The notes under the pieces: generated by a model
The model's input: only the letters and a program-made list of their open reading frames with translations
What the model was told of the DNA's origin: nothing
The model's database searches: none
Shown: piece after piece, positions 38,644-53,026 of the stretch
Position numbering within the stretch: position 1 is the first letter of the stretch
How the letters are laid out: every line of letters begins with the position of its first letter
Position numbers and translations under genes: made by a program
Assembly: GCF_964213995.1 (NCBI RefSeq)
Contig: NW_027590142.1
Location: 868,001 to 932,000, forward strand
Source of the DNA: Mustelus asterias
Taxonomy: Eukaryota
Reading direction: 5' to 3'
DNA: 64,000 bases

Positions 38644-39149
38644 CTGTGTAACACTTTCAAACCCTCCCCTGACCCCACCACTAACGCATCTGATAGTATA
38701 GATAGATTCTCAGCTTTATGTTTATCCAACTGCATTCTAAGACAATGCTTGAAAGACAGTGAATTCGAGATCCAGAATAGCTATAATTCGTTCAGAAGTT
38801 TATATAAAGGTAAGACTAGATGTGCCGAATGGCCACCTTCTGCACTGAAGGAATTCCCTGATAAGTCTAAGCAGCTTCACTTATTGTTCAGGTCAGTCAT
38901 TTCAAACCCATTTTTGTAAATGTCTAATTATCTGTTACATTCATGAGTTTGCAATAACTCTGTTTATCTCCAGACCAGTTGTGTTATCTGCCTGATGCGG
39001 GGATGATAACGACTATTACATGTTTAATGTGCATAATAACAGTCAACATCCTTGGGGTTACGATGCAGTAGAAACCCAACTGCATTCGCCACATAAACAC
39101 AGACCAGATCAGAGGGTGTGAACACTGCGGCAAGTAACTCATCTTCTAT

Positions 39150-39450
39150 CAGCACGGTTAGCACTGCTGCCTCACAGAGCCAGGGACCCAGGTTCTATTC
39201 CTGGCTCGGGTAACTGTCCGTTTGGAGTTTTCACATTCTTCCCGTATCTGCGTGGCTTTCCTCCGGGTCCTTCGGTTTCCTCCCACAGGCCAAGGATCTG
39301 CAGGTTAGGTGGATTGGCTATGCTAAATTACCCCTTAGTATTCGTCGCACTAGCTAGGGTAACTTCAAGGGGTTATGCGTGGGATTGTGGTCGGTACAGA
39401 CTCGATGGGCCGAATGCCCTCCTTCTGTATTGTAAGATTCTATGATTCTA
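39150..39450 (+). mobile_element. V-SINE, diverged, followed by a LINE 3' remnant (about 39450-39990)
   Basis: V-domain present; the downstream frame YKAQARRVMEYFPLA resembles a CR1/L2-group C-terminus. Confidence 0.7.
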
Positions 39451-40216
39451 TTTCCCCAAAGCCTGTCCACTATCTACAAGGCGCAAGCGAGGAGGGTGAT
39501 GGAATACTTCCCACTTGCCGAGATGGGTGCAGGTCCATCAGCAGTCAAGACGCTTGACACAATCAAGGACAATGCATCCCACTTAATCCCCACCACATCC
39601 ACAAACATCCTGTCCCTTCACCACCGATGATCAGTGGCAGCAGTGTGTATTATTTACAAGGTGCACTGCAGCAATGCACCAAAGATCATTAGACAGCACC
39701 GTCAAACCCATGATGAAATGCACCCAGAAGGACAAGAGCAACAGATATATTGGAACATTACCATCTGCACGTTCCCCTCCAAGCCACTCGCCAGCCTGAC
39801 TTGGAAATATATGGCCATTCCTTCGCAGTCACTTGGTCAATCCTGGAATTCCTTCCCTCACGGCATTGTGGGTCAACACATGGCACGTGCCCTGCAGCGT
39901 TTCTAGAAGGCGGCTTATCACCACTTTCTCAAGGGAAACTGCTGATGGGCAAAAAATGTTGGCCAGCCAGAGACGCCCATGTCACACGGTTGAATTGAAA
40001 ATAAAGTTGAATTCAGCTGTTCAAAGACGGATGGCTGTGAACGTCACATTTGCCTACTCATTCAATTTATGACGTGACTCTCACGTTGTTATTGATCGGT
40101 ATTCATCCAAAACCTGATTATTTTGGGGCTCTGATTGTTGGTTTCTTAAATTATTTCCTCGCTGCTGGGCCATATCTCTCTTCATTCATCCTCCTATCAG
40201 TATCAAAAGGGGAATT

Positions 40217-40235
40217 GCAGCGCCCTCTACTGTCT
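40217..40235 (-). promoter_or_regulatory. Candidate CTCF site
   Basis: Minus strand AGACAGTAGAGGGCGCTGC resembles the CTCF core. Confidence 0.5.
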
Positions 40236-40404
40236 CATAGCTTGTTAGTGGCGGCCATGGACGGCCCGAGTGTTCGGATGGATTCTTTATGTCATAACCA
40301 ATTTCATGGCAGGGAGAAAACGACAACAGCATATGTATCTGCATATAAGTTTCATGCGCAAAAGAAATGTGGTTTTAAATGGAACGTCTTGTCGCCATCA
40401 TTCA

Positions 40405-40743
40405 ATCATAGAATCATAGAATCCCTACAGTGCAGAAGGAGGCCATTCGGCCCATCGAGTCTACACCGACCACAATCCCACCCAGGCCCTACCCCCATAT
40501 ATTCTACCCGCTAATCCCTTTAACGCATCTCAGGACTCTAAGGGGCAATGTTTAACCTGGCCAATCAACCTAACCTGCACATCTTTTGGACTGTGGGAGG
40601 AAACCGGAGCACCCGGAGGAAACCCACGCAGACACGAGGAGAATGTGCAAACTCCACACAGACAGTGACCCGAGCCGGGAATCGAACCCGGGACCCTGGA
40701 GCTGTGAAGCAGCAGTGCTAACCACTGTGCTACCGTGCCGCCC
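40405..40743 (-). mobile_element. V-SINE (HE1-like)
   Basis: Near-identical to 1548-1890. Confidence 0.85.
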
Positions 40744-43589
40744 CAATGTATGGTACTTGTGTCATATTGTATTATATATTGTAGTTGGTTTGACGATCTG
40801 TCAATAAAAACGACAACATTTATCACTTTTCTTGAAAACATGTTGTGTCATTACACCAAATTAATGCAGTCTTAGTTTTTTTAAAAAAGGTCTTGTTGAT
40901 AAAAAAGACAGACTTTGTGTGGTCGGTAGTCTTCATATATAAGTTATATTAAAATGCAGGTACAAAGAAGTGTGTATATGTATACACGCACACACACGCG
41001 CGCGCGCGCATGCACATGCACACAGAAAATGTGTACATTCTTCCCTTTTCACGTACCATGCCTGAAGAGGGCAATATCAACCATGATCATTAATTGGGTT
41101 GGTCCATGATGGAGCTCGGCGAAGCGCAACAATGACTTTCCATTCCCATCTGCAATATGACTGAGCAGGAACCTCGCCCGCTCTTACTACATGCCTCTGG
41201 ATGGATTTTCACGTTTATAATCCTCTAGTTTGGCGCGGTTATGGATGCACCTGCTGTCCTTATCAAGTTCAAAACTCCAACCCAGAGATTCTGTCACAGA
41301 GATAAGGGCCTTCTGCATGTTAGCCTCTGTGTAACAAAATCTCTGGATATGTCCGCAGTAAAATAAATAGTTATACAAGGCAGAATAACGGATATTCATA
41401 GCTTAACAGAACAGGCTGGCAGAAATGCAAGTGTCCTGTTGAATAGAAAATACTGAAAGCACGACTGAATTTCAATAGAGACCAATCTCTATTTACAGTT
41501 CGTGTCTGTGAAGTGGAAAATATTTAGTGACACCTTTAAATATGGAAATCCCAGCACTGTACTGATAGCTGATCTACTGCACGGTAGAAGTGGTCAGCGG
41601 GGCTGGTATTAATACGATGCCAGAATGCGAGGAGATAGAAATGAATGTGTGTGCTGCCAACTGATCTTTTGAACTAACCATTCAGCAACTGTAGCGTGTA
41701 AGCCACTGCTCCACAACGCAGCTCAAAGTGGAGAATTCATACCTTCTTTTTGATCCTTTGAACTTATCGAAATCTAGTTGAATATCTCTCTTGCAAAAGG
41801 CTTTAATTTCATGAATAAATATATTGTGTGATGCCTCATCAAGTTTTCTTTTGGAAGTCGAAGTGAATAATGTCTAATCCATTTTCCTTACATATTTGCA
41901 TAACTTTTTCAAAGATGTGAAGAAAATGAGCAGATATTTCTCACATAATATTTTCTGAACCTTATTGATGAATCAAGTGGACTCGTTTGCATGCCAGAAA
42001 TCATAATGATCACCTAAAAATGTTTCCAAATACAGAGTTAGGAACAATATGAGGAATATAATTCCGAGCTCTTGGTCACTTTTTATTTTAAAATGGCGTT
42101 ATGTTAGTTAATTTCCAGTCGACAGAAGCTATATATATACCTTGCACATAGAGCAATAGAGTGACTACTGCTGCATTTCACTGACTGGCCTCCCATGTGA
42201 ATGGATTCTGTCTATTTTGAAGTTCTTACTTCGATCCAAGGCATTTGTTTAGAAAGCTGGATAGATGAAGGAATATATAAGTAGATGTTGGACATATTTT
42301 TCAGAAACTGAACTGAACCAGTTGTATATATCATGTAGGTAAGAGCAGGTCAGATGCAGTGATTACTTCATCTCCTGATTTCCAAAGCCTGACGACCATC
42401 CCGAAGTCCCAATTCTTCAGTTTGATGTAGTACTTCTATTTTACAGGATAAGTGTAGCTCCAACAAAACTCAAGAAGTTCAACATCATCGAGGACAAAGC
42501 AACACTCTTGACTGACACATCATACAACACCTCAAACATGCGCACCCTCCATCGCCAGTGCGCATTAGAAACATTTTGGATTATCAAAAAACTGACTGTG
42601 CAAAACCATTTTCCAAACATGCGTCTTCCACCGCCTGAAAGGAAGAAGGCAACTGGGACATGTAAACACCAGACAGTACAATTCCATTACAAGTCACCAC
42701 CATGAAAACTTGGACCAATACCAGAATTCCTTTGCTGCAATGTGATGAATACAAGAGAACTCGCATATGTATAGCAATGTGAGAGCACCAACACCAAAAG
42801 GACTGCAACGACTCGATAAGGTGGGTCACCACCACCCTTTTTGAAAGATATTGCAGGACATGAAGCCTAGGGAACGGCTATGTTTGCTGGAGCAATTCAA
42901 AATTGTAGATACATAACAACATAATTCGAGCAGCCCAGATTTCTCAGAAACTTGTGGGACTGGGGGAGAATATAGACATGAAGAGAGGTGGTACACACCG
43001 TGTATTTCTGTGCACGAAGGCCCCAGTAAATTTAAAGTCCCACAGGTCTCATACAAAAACTGGACCAGGTCGATCATCAAAAATTCAGTGTCAGGAAACT
43101 ACATGGGATTGAATTTCATAACGAATGTGCCCATGATGAACCTCCCTTTGTCACCGTTGATAAGTTTGAAATTTTGCTGGCCATATTGCTCCCGGGTTAA
43201 ATCCAATCATTTCCCGATCCGATTCACACAAACCCGCAGAGCTCCTGAATGAATATATTCCTAACTCTGTACTTTTAAACATTCTATCAGGGGACAGCTT
43301 TTAAAAGTGATCTAATATCGAAAGCACACTCAATGTTGTCACATACTTTCTGAGTAAACACAGTGACTGACTGAATTCAGTACTTGACCGGTAAAAGAGC
43401 AATCCCAGTGGAATGGCATTGTGATATGGAGTTGGGTGACTACTTTTCTCCTGTGTATGTAAAATTGTAAGTATTAATTATACCCATGAACTGAATGGTC
43501 CTCATAATACCTGTTCCTTAGACTGATTTAAAATGATCTATTTCACTTTTCACCTTAATTAGAAAGACCAACTGAACGAAAGATATCGA

Positions 43590-44700
43590 CCATAAGACCA
43601 TAAGACATAGGAGCAGAATTAGGCCACTCGGCCCATCTGCAATTCAATCATGGCTGATATTTTTCTCATCCCCATTCTCCTGCCTTTTCCCCATAACCCC
43701 TGATCCCCTTATTAATCAAGAACCTATCTATCTCTGTCTTAAATATACTCAACTACCTCGCCACCGCAGCCTTCTGCGGCAAAGAGTTCCACAGATTCAC
43801 AACACTCTGGCTGAATAAATTCCTCCTCATCTCTGTTTTAAAGGATAGTTCCTTTAGCCTGAGGTTGTGCCCTCTAGTTCTAGTTTTTCCTACTCGTGGA
43901 AACATCCTCTCCACGTCCACTCTCTCCAGGCCTCGCAGTATCCTCTAATTTTCAATAAGATCCCCCCTCAACCTTGTAAACTCCAACAAGTACAGACCGA
44001 GAGTCCTCAACCGTTCCTCATACGACAAGCTGTTCATTCCAGGGATCATTCTTGTGAACCTCCTCTGGACCCTTTCCAAGGCCAGCACATCCTTCATAGA
44101 TATGGGACCCAAAACTGCTCACAATGCTCCAAATTGTGTCTGACCATAGCCTTATATAGCCTCAGAAGTACATCCCTGCTCTTGTATTCTAGCCCTCTCG
44201 GCATGAATGCTAACATTACATTTGCCTTCCGAACTGCCGACTGAACCTTAAGAGAATCTTCAACAAAACCCCCCAAGTCCCTTTGTGTTTTTGTTTTCCT
44301 AAGCATTTTCCCATTCAGAAAATAGTCTGTGCCTCATTCCTCCTTCCAAAGTGCAAAACCTCTCACTTTTCCATATTTATTCTATCTACAACTTCTTTTC
44401 CCACTCTCCTAACCTGTCCAAGTTCTTCTGCAGCTCCCCTGCTTCCCCAATACTACCTTCCCCTCGACGTATCTTTGTGTTATCTGCAAACTTAGCAACA
44501 GTGCCTTCACTTCCTTCCTCCAAATCGTTAATGTATATTGTGAAAAGTTGTGGTCCCAGCACTGACCCCTGAGGCACATCACTGGTCACCGACTGCCATC
44601 TTGAAAAATACCCCTTTAGCCCCACTCTCTCTCTTTTGCCCAGTCAGCCAATCCTCAATCCATGCCAAGATCTTACCCTTAACACCATGGGCTCTTAACT
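43590..44700 (-). mobile_element. CR1 LINE 3' fragment (different subfamily, CATAAGA tail)
   Basis: DVPQGSVLGPQLF and KFADN motifs. Confidence 0.85.
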
Positions 44701-46887
44701 TAGTTATAGACATCGAGTTCATAGTAATGCAAGTTAAACTGAGGGAGAAACAGTATAACTGTTGATGTGAGGCAGAACAGGAGAGTGAGGAAGACACAGA
44801 AAGCAGGGATAGAGCGTGACTGGTGAGAGTCAGCCACATTAAACCCTCAAGAAACAACAATTAGGGTACAAGTTACGTCACTTCAGGGTGACTAGCCAAT
44901 CGCAGCACTGAGAAACACCCACTCAATTTCCCAATAATTGAAGCTGCCTCTGATCTGAGTTTACTCTGTGATATAAGACTGGAAGCAGCAACATATTTTA
45001 GACAGTCGATGTTCACTGTCAGATCAAGAATCACTTGTTCCCAGTGTGCCTTCTTTGCACTGTCGCCAATGCTTCCACGTCCTTCTGGTAGTGTGGTGCC
45101 CTCTGCCTGCTTAATCACCTTGGTCACCTGTGTTGCCACTTTTCGGGAACTGTGGACCTGCACAGCCAGATCCCTCTGTATGTTAATGTTCCTAAGAATA
45201 TTTTTTCCAACTGTGTGACCTCGCATTTAACTGCAGTGAAATTCGTATTTCACTATTTTTCCAATGTACAAAAGATGGAAATATTTCTTTGCAAGTTTAT
45301 TCTTCCAGCTAATATGCTGATTTTGCTGTCTATTTTCCTCTAAAAGGAAAAGTTGTACCTCAAGTTCTAAAATAGTTGATAAGTGCAGTCGTACTCAACA
45401 CTCATATATACATACACATATGTGCGCTCATGCAAGTTTTACAATGGGATGGATGATGCAAATTATTTCATTTTTTGACTTCATATTTCTTCGACATTCA
45501 ATATTAGGACAGTCAAAACTCAAATTCACAAAAGGTCGGCGTGGGGTTAGAAACTCTGCTATCTCAATCATTCGAACGAGAGTTCAAATTGAAATAGAAA
45601 CAAAAATCACCTTCTAATGCACATTGTGTCTTCATACATTCAGCTCTGAGATTTTATGCCATCTTCTGATTTGTCTGTTACAGTCTCTCTGTGTCATTCA
45701 TGCTTGAGTTTGAAATCTGGTCAGATATGCCTGCAAGATTTCGTTTTCTTTGGGAAATTACAGTTACCTGCTTCTGCAAATGACACACTCAAATACACTG
45801 CATTTTTAAAAAATCGAACGAATACTGCATTTCCATGGAAACAACTCTATATCCTGTTTGTGCGCTGTTAACCCTTACATCCGCAGATCAGGAATGCAGG
45901 TTTTCCACATTCTCTAATCCAATAGTTTTACATATCTTTAGGATGAGGAAAATAAATTGGGGCTGACAGATTTCTGGAATAAAATATGTATATTTTCTTG
46001 CTGCTTGAAATTCGGATAGAATACTTTACTGCCCATTTTATAAGTTATTTGAACACATGTTCACATGTTGCTATTCATCTACTGACATAAATTTGATTTT
46101 TTTTCAAAGTTTTTATGAATTACCTTCTTTAATTACCCACATCTCTTTTCCAGCCAGTTCCAGGAAATTACCAATTTCTTTTGTAATGAATTCCTTCCCC
46201 CAGCGACACTTCCCTGGAGCATGATATCTATTAAATGAAGCAATAAAACTTTCAGATTCGAGAATGCATTCACCACCATTAAAGTGTAAACAGGTGAATT
46301 GAAAATATGACCCCAACGGCTTTGTTTTAAGGAATGGAAATGTGAATGTGGAATGAGTAACAATGGGAGGAGATTATACTGATAATGATAACCAAAAAGA
46401 TCTCGTTTATTTTTCGGAAAACCATAATCAAAATGTTACTGGAGCAAGAGAGTTATTTGTCTTTGGAAACTAATATTGTGTCATTCAAATGGAAACAGCA
46501 AGCTAAAGATAATTCGGGGTCAGGCCAAAATGATTGCGAATTCAGAACAATGGTACTTGCACAAACCACGAGCCCCTGGAATGTCGAAGAGTATGCAAGA
46601 TGGTAGGAGGCTAAGTAAAAGATGTTTATTCAGCTATTGAGAGCTCATTGCCTTAAAATCTGAGCAGAGCAGACAAAGTGCAGGGGGCTGAAAGTGGGTC
46701 CAGAAAAGAGGCATATTAGCAAGTCAAACTCAGGGAAACAAAAGTTTATTTTTAAAAGTTCAGCAACTTCACAGCTGCACCTGCTGTTCTGTTGCTGAAG
46801 TGTGAATACTGAGTGACATCATCCGTGATTAAAGTTTCCAGCAGGAACTCGCTGGTGCGTTCTCCCTTTTATGTCAGCACTGTAGGC

Positions 46888-49060
46888 TCATAGAATCCCT
46901 ACAGTTCAGAAGGAGGCCATTCCGTCCATCCAGTCTGCACCGACCGCAATCCCACGTAGGCCCTATGCCCGTAACCCCACATATTTACCCCATTATTACC
47001 TCTAACCCAAGCATCCCGGGACACGAAGGGGCAATTTACCATGGCCAATGCTCCTAACCCGCACATCATTGGAGTGTGGTAAGAAACCGGAGCACCCGGA
47101 GGAAGCCCACACAGAAGATTAGGGCCAGTCAAGGACAGGAGTGGGCCAGTCAAGGACAGGAGTGGGCCAGTCAAGGACAGGAGTGGGCCAGTCAAGGACA
47201 GGAGTAGGCCAGTCAAGGACAGGAGTGGGAAGTTGTGCGTGGAGTCTGAAGAGATAGGAAAGGCACTAAATGAATATTTTTCGTCGGTATTCACACTGGA
47301 GAGGGACAGTGTTGTTGAGGGGAGTACTGAGATGCAGGCTGTTGGACTGGATGGGATTGATGTTCATAAGGAGGAGGTGTTAGCAATTCTGGAAAGGGTA
47401 AAAATAGATAGGTCCCCTGGGCCGGATGGGATTTATCCTAGGATTCTCTGGGAGGCTAGAGAGGAGATTGCAGAGCCTTTGGCTTTGATCTTTGTGTCGT
47501 CATTGTCTACAGGAACAGTGCCAGAAGACTGGAGGGTAGCAAATGTTGTCCCCTTGTTCAGGAAGGGGAGTAGGGACAACCCTGGTAATTATAGACCGGT
47601 GAGCCTTACTTCTGTTGTGGGCAAAGTATTGGAAAAGATTTTAAGAGATAGAATTTATAATCACCGAGAAAGGAATGATTTGATTAGGGATAGTCAGCAC
47701 AGTTTTGTGAAGGGTAGGTCGTGCCTCACAAACCTTATTGAGTTCTTTAAGAAGGTGACCAAAGAGGAGGATGAGGGTAAAGCGGTTGATGTGGTGTATA
47801 TGGATTTCAGCAAAGCGTTTGGTAAGGTTCCCCATGGTAAGCTTTTGCAGAAAATACGGACACATGGGATTGAGGGTGATTTAGTGGTTTGGATCAGGAA
47901 TTGGCTAGCTGTAAGAAAACAAAGGGTGGTGGTTGATGGGAAATATTCATCCTGGAGTTCAGTTACTAGTGGTGTACCGCAAGGATCTGTTTTGGTGCCA
48001 CTGCTGTTTGTCATTTTTATTAATGACTTGGATGAGGGCGTGGAAGGATGGATTAGTAAATTTGCAGATGACACTAAAGTCGGTGGAGTAGTAGACAGTG
48101 CGAAGGGAAGTGGCAGGTTACAGAGGAACATAGATAAGCTGCAGAGCAGGGCTGAGGGGTGGCAAATGGAGTTTAATGCGGAAAAATGTGAGGTGATTCA
48201 CTTTGGAAGGAGTAACAGGAATACAGAGTACTGGGCTAATGGTAAGATACTTGGTAGTGTCGATGAACAGAGGGATCTGGGTGTCCATGTGCATAGATCC
48301 CTGAAAGTTGGCACCCAGGTTGATAGGGTTGTTAAGAAGGCGTACGGTGTGTTAGCTTTTATTGGTAGAGGGATTGAGTTTCGGAGCCAGGAGGTCATGC
48401 TGCAACTGTACAAAACTCTGGTGCGGCCGCATTTGGAATATTGCGTACAGTTGTGGTCGCCGTATTATAGGAAAGATGTGGAAGTGTTGGAAAGGGTGCA
48501 GACGAGATTTACCAGGATGTTGCCTGGTATGGTGGGAAAATCGTATGAGGAAAGGCTGAGGGGCTTGAGGTTGTTTTCGTTAGAGAGAAGAAGGTTAAGA
48601 GGTGACTTAATAGAGGCATACAAGATGATCAGAGGATTGGATAGAGTGGATAGTGAGAACCTTTTTCGTCGGATGGTGTTGGCTGGCACGAGGGGACATA
48701 GCTTTAAATTGAGGGGTGAAAGATATAGGACAGATGTTAGAGGTAGGTTCTTTACTCAGAGAGTAGTAAGGGCGTGGAATGCCCTGGCTGCAGCAGTGGT
48801 GGACTCGTCAACGTTGAGAGCGTTCAAGTGGTTATTGGATAAACATATGGATGATATTGGAATAGTGTAGATTAGAGGGGCTTTAGATTGGTACCACTGG
48901 TCGGCGCAACATCGAGGGCCGAAGGGCCTGTACTGCGCTGAAATGTTCTATGTTCTATGACACGGGGAGAACTTGCAGATTCCACACAGACAGTGACCCA
49001 AGCCTGGGTCCCTGGCACTGTGAGGCAGAAGTGCTAACCACTGTCTCACCGTGCCGCCCA
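46888..49060 (-). mobile_element. V-SINE split by a CR1 insertion
   Basis: SINE 3' part at 46888-47115 and 5' part at 48960-49060. Confidence 0.75.
47116..48958 (+). mobile_element. CR1 LINE, 5'-truncated, with an open 545-aa RT ORF and five 21-bp tandem repeats at its 5' end
   Basis: ORF 47233-48870; (GGGCCAGTCAAGGACAGGAGT)x5 at 47122-47226; TGTTCTA tail. Confidence 0.92.
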
Positions 49061-50039
49061 AGAATGATTTTTCTCATTATCCATTGGAGATATTGTCAAG
49101 TGATTGAAGTTGGAATCACTGTAGACAGCAATCTGTACATTTGATCCAGCTATCAGATTTTTGTCCCAATCGGAATGGAAATGGGTCAATTTTTCTGCCC
49201 TCTAATTCTTCTGACAGACATTGTCAATGTTTAATCTTCCATAATGGATGCTGTTAAAGATATTTTAATATTTTCAATTTAGTTGCCTCAATTTCACACA
49301 ATGGTTCTTTAAAGTTTGAAAACACAATTTTTTAGACACATATTTTATGTTTTATATCTTAACAGCCTTGATTCACATTGTGTCCTTGCTGGGTCAGAAA
49401 TGAGGGATAAACAAACTACCCAATTTTGCAGCTCTTTGTCTATAATTCTATAAGTTACTGTGAAACCGAGAAAGCAAATTAGTTGCAATCAAAACTTGCA
49501 CCCAATTACCTCAACAAATTTCACAAGCATTTATCAGGGAATGTTTCACTGTTTATTCCGCAGAAACAGGTGGACGGTTCCCTAACACACAATAAATACA
49601 GAGCCAAAATGGTACTTCAATTATTCCTGACTTTGTTAACATCAAGAAGGGATAGGATGGTTCAAGTAATTATGTTCCAAATGGCAATATGCTTCTGTTT
49701 TACAAACTAAATTTCACACAGATACTGAGAATCATGTGCATAAACATGCGTTCACATTTGTGCATCTCATATTCAGACACACTCTCTGTCGTATTCATGC
49801 TGTCGTACACAGACCTGCACACACATATACACACACATGCACACAAACAGACAGAAACAGAAGGAACACAGAATATCTTACGAATGCACACGCATTTTCG
49901 CAAAGACTATCACACAGACGCATACACTCACATCGGCCCTCACACACAGGCAGACACACCGACAGACAAAGACTCCCTGCTCAACACATACTCTCTCTCT
50001 CTGTCTCTCTCTGTCTCTCTCTGTCTCTTTCTTGCCCCT

Positions 50040-51470
50040 TTCCTATAGCACTTCAAACCCATTCTAATTAAAAATCTGTAACCCTCTTCCTTTAATTTGC
50101 TCGAAGCCGAATGGGTAATGAATTGCATGGACTCACGACCATTTGAGAGAAGCAATTGCTCCTCATCTCTGCAGTAAACCATCATCTAAAACTAGGATCT
50201 CTTGTTCCTCATTGCCCCCTAAAAGAGGAAACATGCTTTGCACGTCTACTTTGACAATCTCTCTGATCATATTGATTACCTCAATTAGATCGCCCTTCAT
50301 TCTTCTAAACTGGAAGGTGCATAGGCCTAAACTGACAAATCTCTTCGTAGGTCAAATCCCTCATCTCTGGAATCAAACGAGTGAACCTTCTCTGAAGTGC
50401 ATCCAATGCAATTGCATCCATCGTCATAAACGGGACCAAAACTGTGCACAATATGCTAAGTCCCGTCTCACTAATGCATTGTATAGTAGCAGCACCACAT
50501 TGCTATTTTTATATTCTATTCCATTAAACTAAATGCCAAGACTCTATTTGCCCTCATTGATAGCTGCTGTACGTGCATATTAGTTTTCTGTGAATCATAT
50601 ACACGAACACCCAGAACCCTCTGCACCAAAACACTCCGAAGTATCTCTCCAATGAGAAAATAATTTGCCTTTGTATATTTTTCCTACCAAGATGGATAAC
50701 CTCACATTCATCCATGTTAAACTCCATTTGCCAAATTTTGCCACATTAATTTACCCTAAACCTATTCAATTTTTAGTTTCTTATTTAACTGTTACACCTT
50801 AGACTCCCACCGATCTTTGTGTCATCCGTAAATTGACGGTGATATCTACAATGCGTGCATCAAATTAATTAACATGGTTCGTAAAGAAATGGAGCTGGAG
50901 GACTGATCCCTGTGGCATCCGACTCGATACATCTCGACAACACACAAATAACCCATTTAGACCGAATCTCTGCTTCATGTTGGTTAATCTATCCTCTATC
51001 CAAGCTTATAAATCATCCCGAATATCACGTTAAGTAAACATGTGTATTATCATTTTGCATGGCACGTTACAAATACATTTTGGACTTCAGGTCTACATCT
51101 ACAGGATCTGTATTACCCATTTTACTATTTGCATCTTCGAAGATCTCAAGCAAAATACGGTTTACGTTTCATAACACCGTGCTGGGGCTGGTGAATTGCA
51201 TTTTCACTTCCTACACATCCTGCTATTACTTCCTTTAAAATTGATTCGAACAATTTCCCAATGATGGATGTTAAACAAATAGATTCCTACTTTTGCTTCC
51301 CCCCTTTTTGAATAAGGATGTTACATTAACATTTTTGATATTCACTGGAACCACATCCACATCCAGTAAATTTGAGAATATTGTAGCAAATGGATGCACT
51401 CTCTCCAACGCCATACAATTTAAGGTCATTGACACGAAGGCAGCCAGGCTCTGGGGGCTTGCCTGCCGTC
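50040..51470 (-). mobile_element. Old degenerate CR1
   Basis: GGGACCAAAACTGTGCACAATA and GATCCCTGTGGCAT remnants. Confidence 0.6.
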
Positions 51471-51476
51471 AAGCAC

Positions 51477-52710
51477 AATAGAACATAGAACATAGAACAT
51501 AGAACATTACAGCGCAGAACAGGCCCTTCGGCCCACGATGTTGCACCGACCAGTTAAAAAAAAACTGTGACCCTCCAACCTAAACCAATTTCTTTTCGTC
51601 CATGAACCTATCTACGGATCTCTTAAACGCCCCCAAACTAGGCGCATTTACTACTGATGCTGGCAGGGCATTCCAATCCCTCACCACCCTCTGGGTAAAG
51701 AACCTACCCCTGACATCGGTTCTATAACTACCCCCCCTCAATTTAAAGCCATGCCCCCTCGTGCTGGATTTCTCCATCAGAGGAAAAAGGCTATCACTAT
51801 CCACCCTATCTAAACCTCTAATCATCTTATATGTTTCAATAAGATCCCCTCTTAGCCGCCGCCTTTCCAGCGAAAACAATCCCAAATCCCTCAGCCTCTC
51901 CTCATAGGATCTCCCCTCCATACCAGGCAACATCCTGGTAAACCTCCTCTGCACCCTCTCCAAAGCCTCCACATCCTTCCTGTAATGTGGGGACCAGAAC
52001 TGCACACAGTACTCCAAGTGCGGCCGCACCAGAGTTGTGTACAGTTGCAACATAACGCTACGACTCCTAAATTCAATCCCCCTACCAATAAACGCCAAGA
52101 CACCATATGCCTTCTTAACAACCTTATCTACTTGATTCCCAACTTTCAGGGATCTATGCACACATACACCTAGATCCCTCTGCTCCTCCACACTATTCAA
52201 AGTCCTCCCGTTAGCCCTATACTCAACACATCTGTTATTCCTACCAAAGTGAATTACCTCACACTTCTCCGCATTAAACTCCATCCGCCACCTCTCGGCC
52301 CAACTTTGCAACCTGTCTAAGTCTTCCTGCAGACTACGACACCCTTCCTCACTGTCTACCACACCACCGACTTTGGTGTCATCAGCAAATTTGCTAATCC
52401 ACCCAACTATACCCTCATCCAGATCATTAATAAATATTACAAACAGCAGTGGCCCCAAAACAGATCCCTGAGGTACACCACTTGTAACCGCACTCCATGA
52501 TGAATATTTACTATCAACCACCACCCTCTGTTTCCTATCCGCTAGCCAATTCCTGATCCAATTTCCTAGATCACCCCCAATCCCATACATCTGCATTTTC
52601 TGCAGAAGCCTACCATGGTGAACCTTATCAAACGCCTTACTAAAATCCATATATACCACGTCCACTGCCTTGCCCCCATGCACCTCCTTGGTCACTTTCT
52701 CAAAAAACTC
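51477..52710 (-). mobile_element. CR1 LINE, young 5'-truncated copy
   Basis: 371-aa open RT ORF; (ATAGAAC)n tail. Confidence 0.92.
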
Positions 52711-53026
52711 TCGTGACGATGATATAACTTCTTCCCTTTCTATTTTCTCTGCTGCAACTGGACGAGAACATACATGAGATCACGCATAGATTATTCTGCA
52801 AAGTTTTTTTTCTCAATATGTGCGAATAAATATACATGCTTTGGTACGGGTTCAGCTAACTTTCACTCTCTTGATCCTCATTTGGGCAAAACGGGTACTC
52901 TTACGAATAACGTTGAGTAGTATGTGCCTGTACTCAGTAGAGTTAGGAGTAATGCGAGGTGCTCTTATTGGACATTGTGAGATTAGGAGGAGGTAAGAAG
53001 GGTCCGCTTCTGAGAGGAAGCTCTCA

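Noticed and set aside
41187-42420. Apparently unique minus-strand ORF-like region
   Set aside because: It contains decayed CR1 RT motifs (IIHFDFQK, equivalent to VVYMDFSK); no recognisable gene.
42991-43030. VYFCAR-like V-gene end
   Set aside because: In-frame stops on both sides, no V framework and no RSS.
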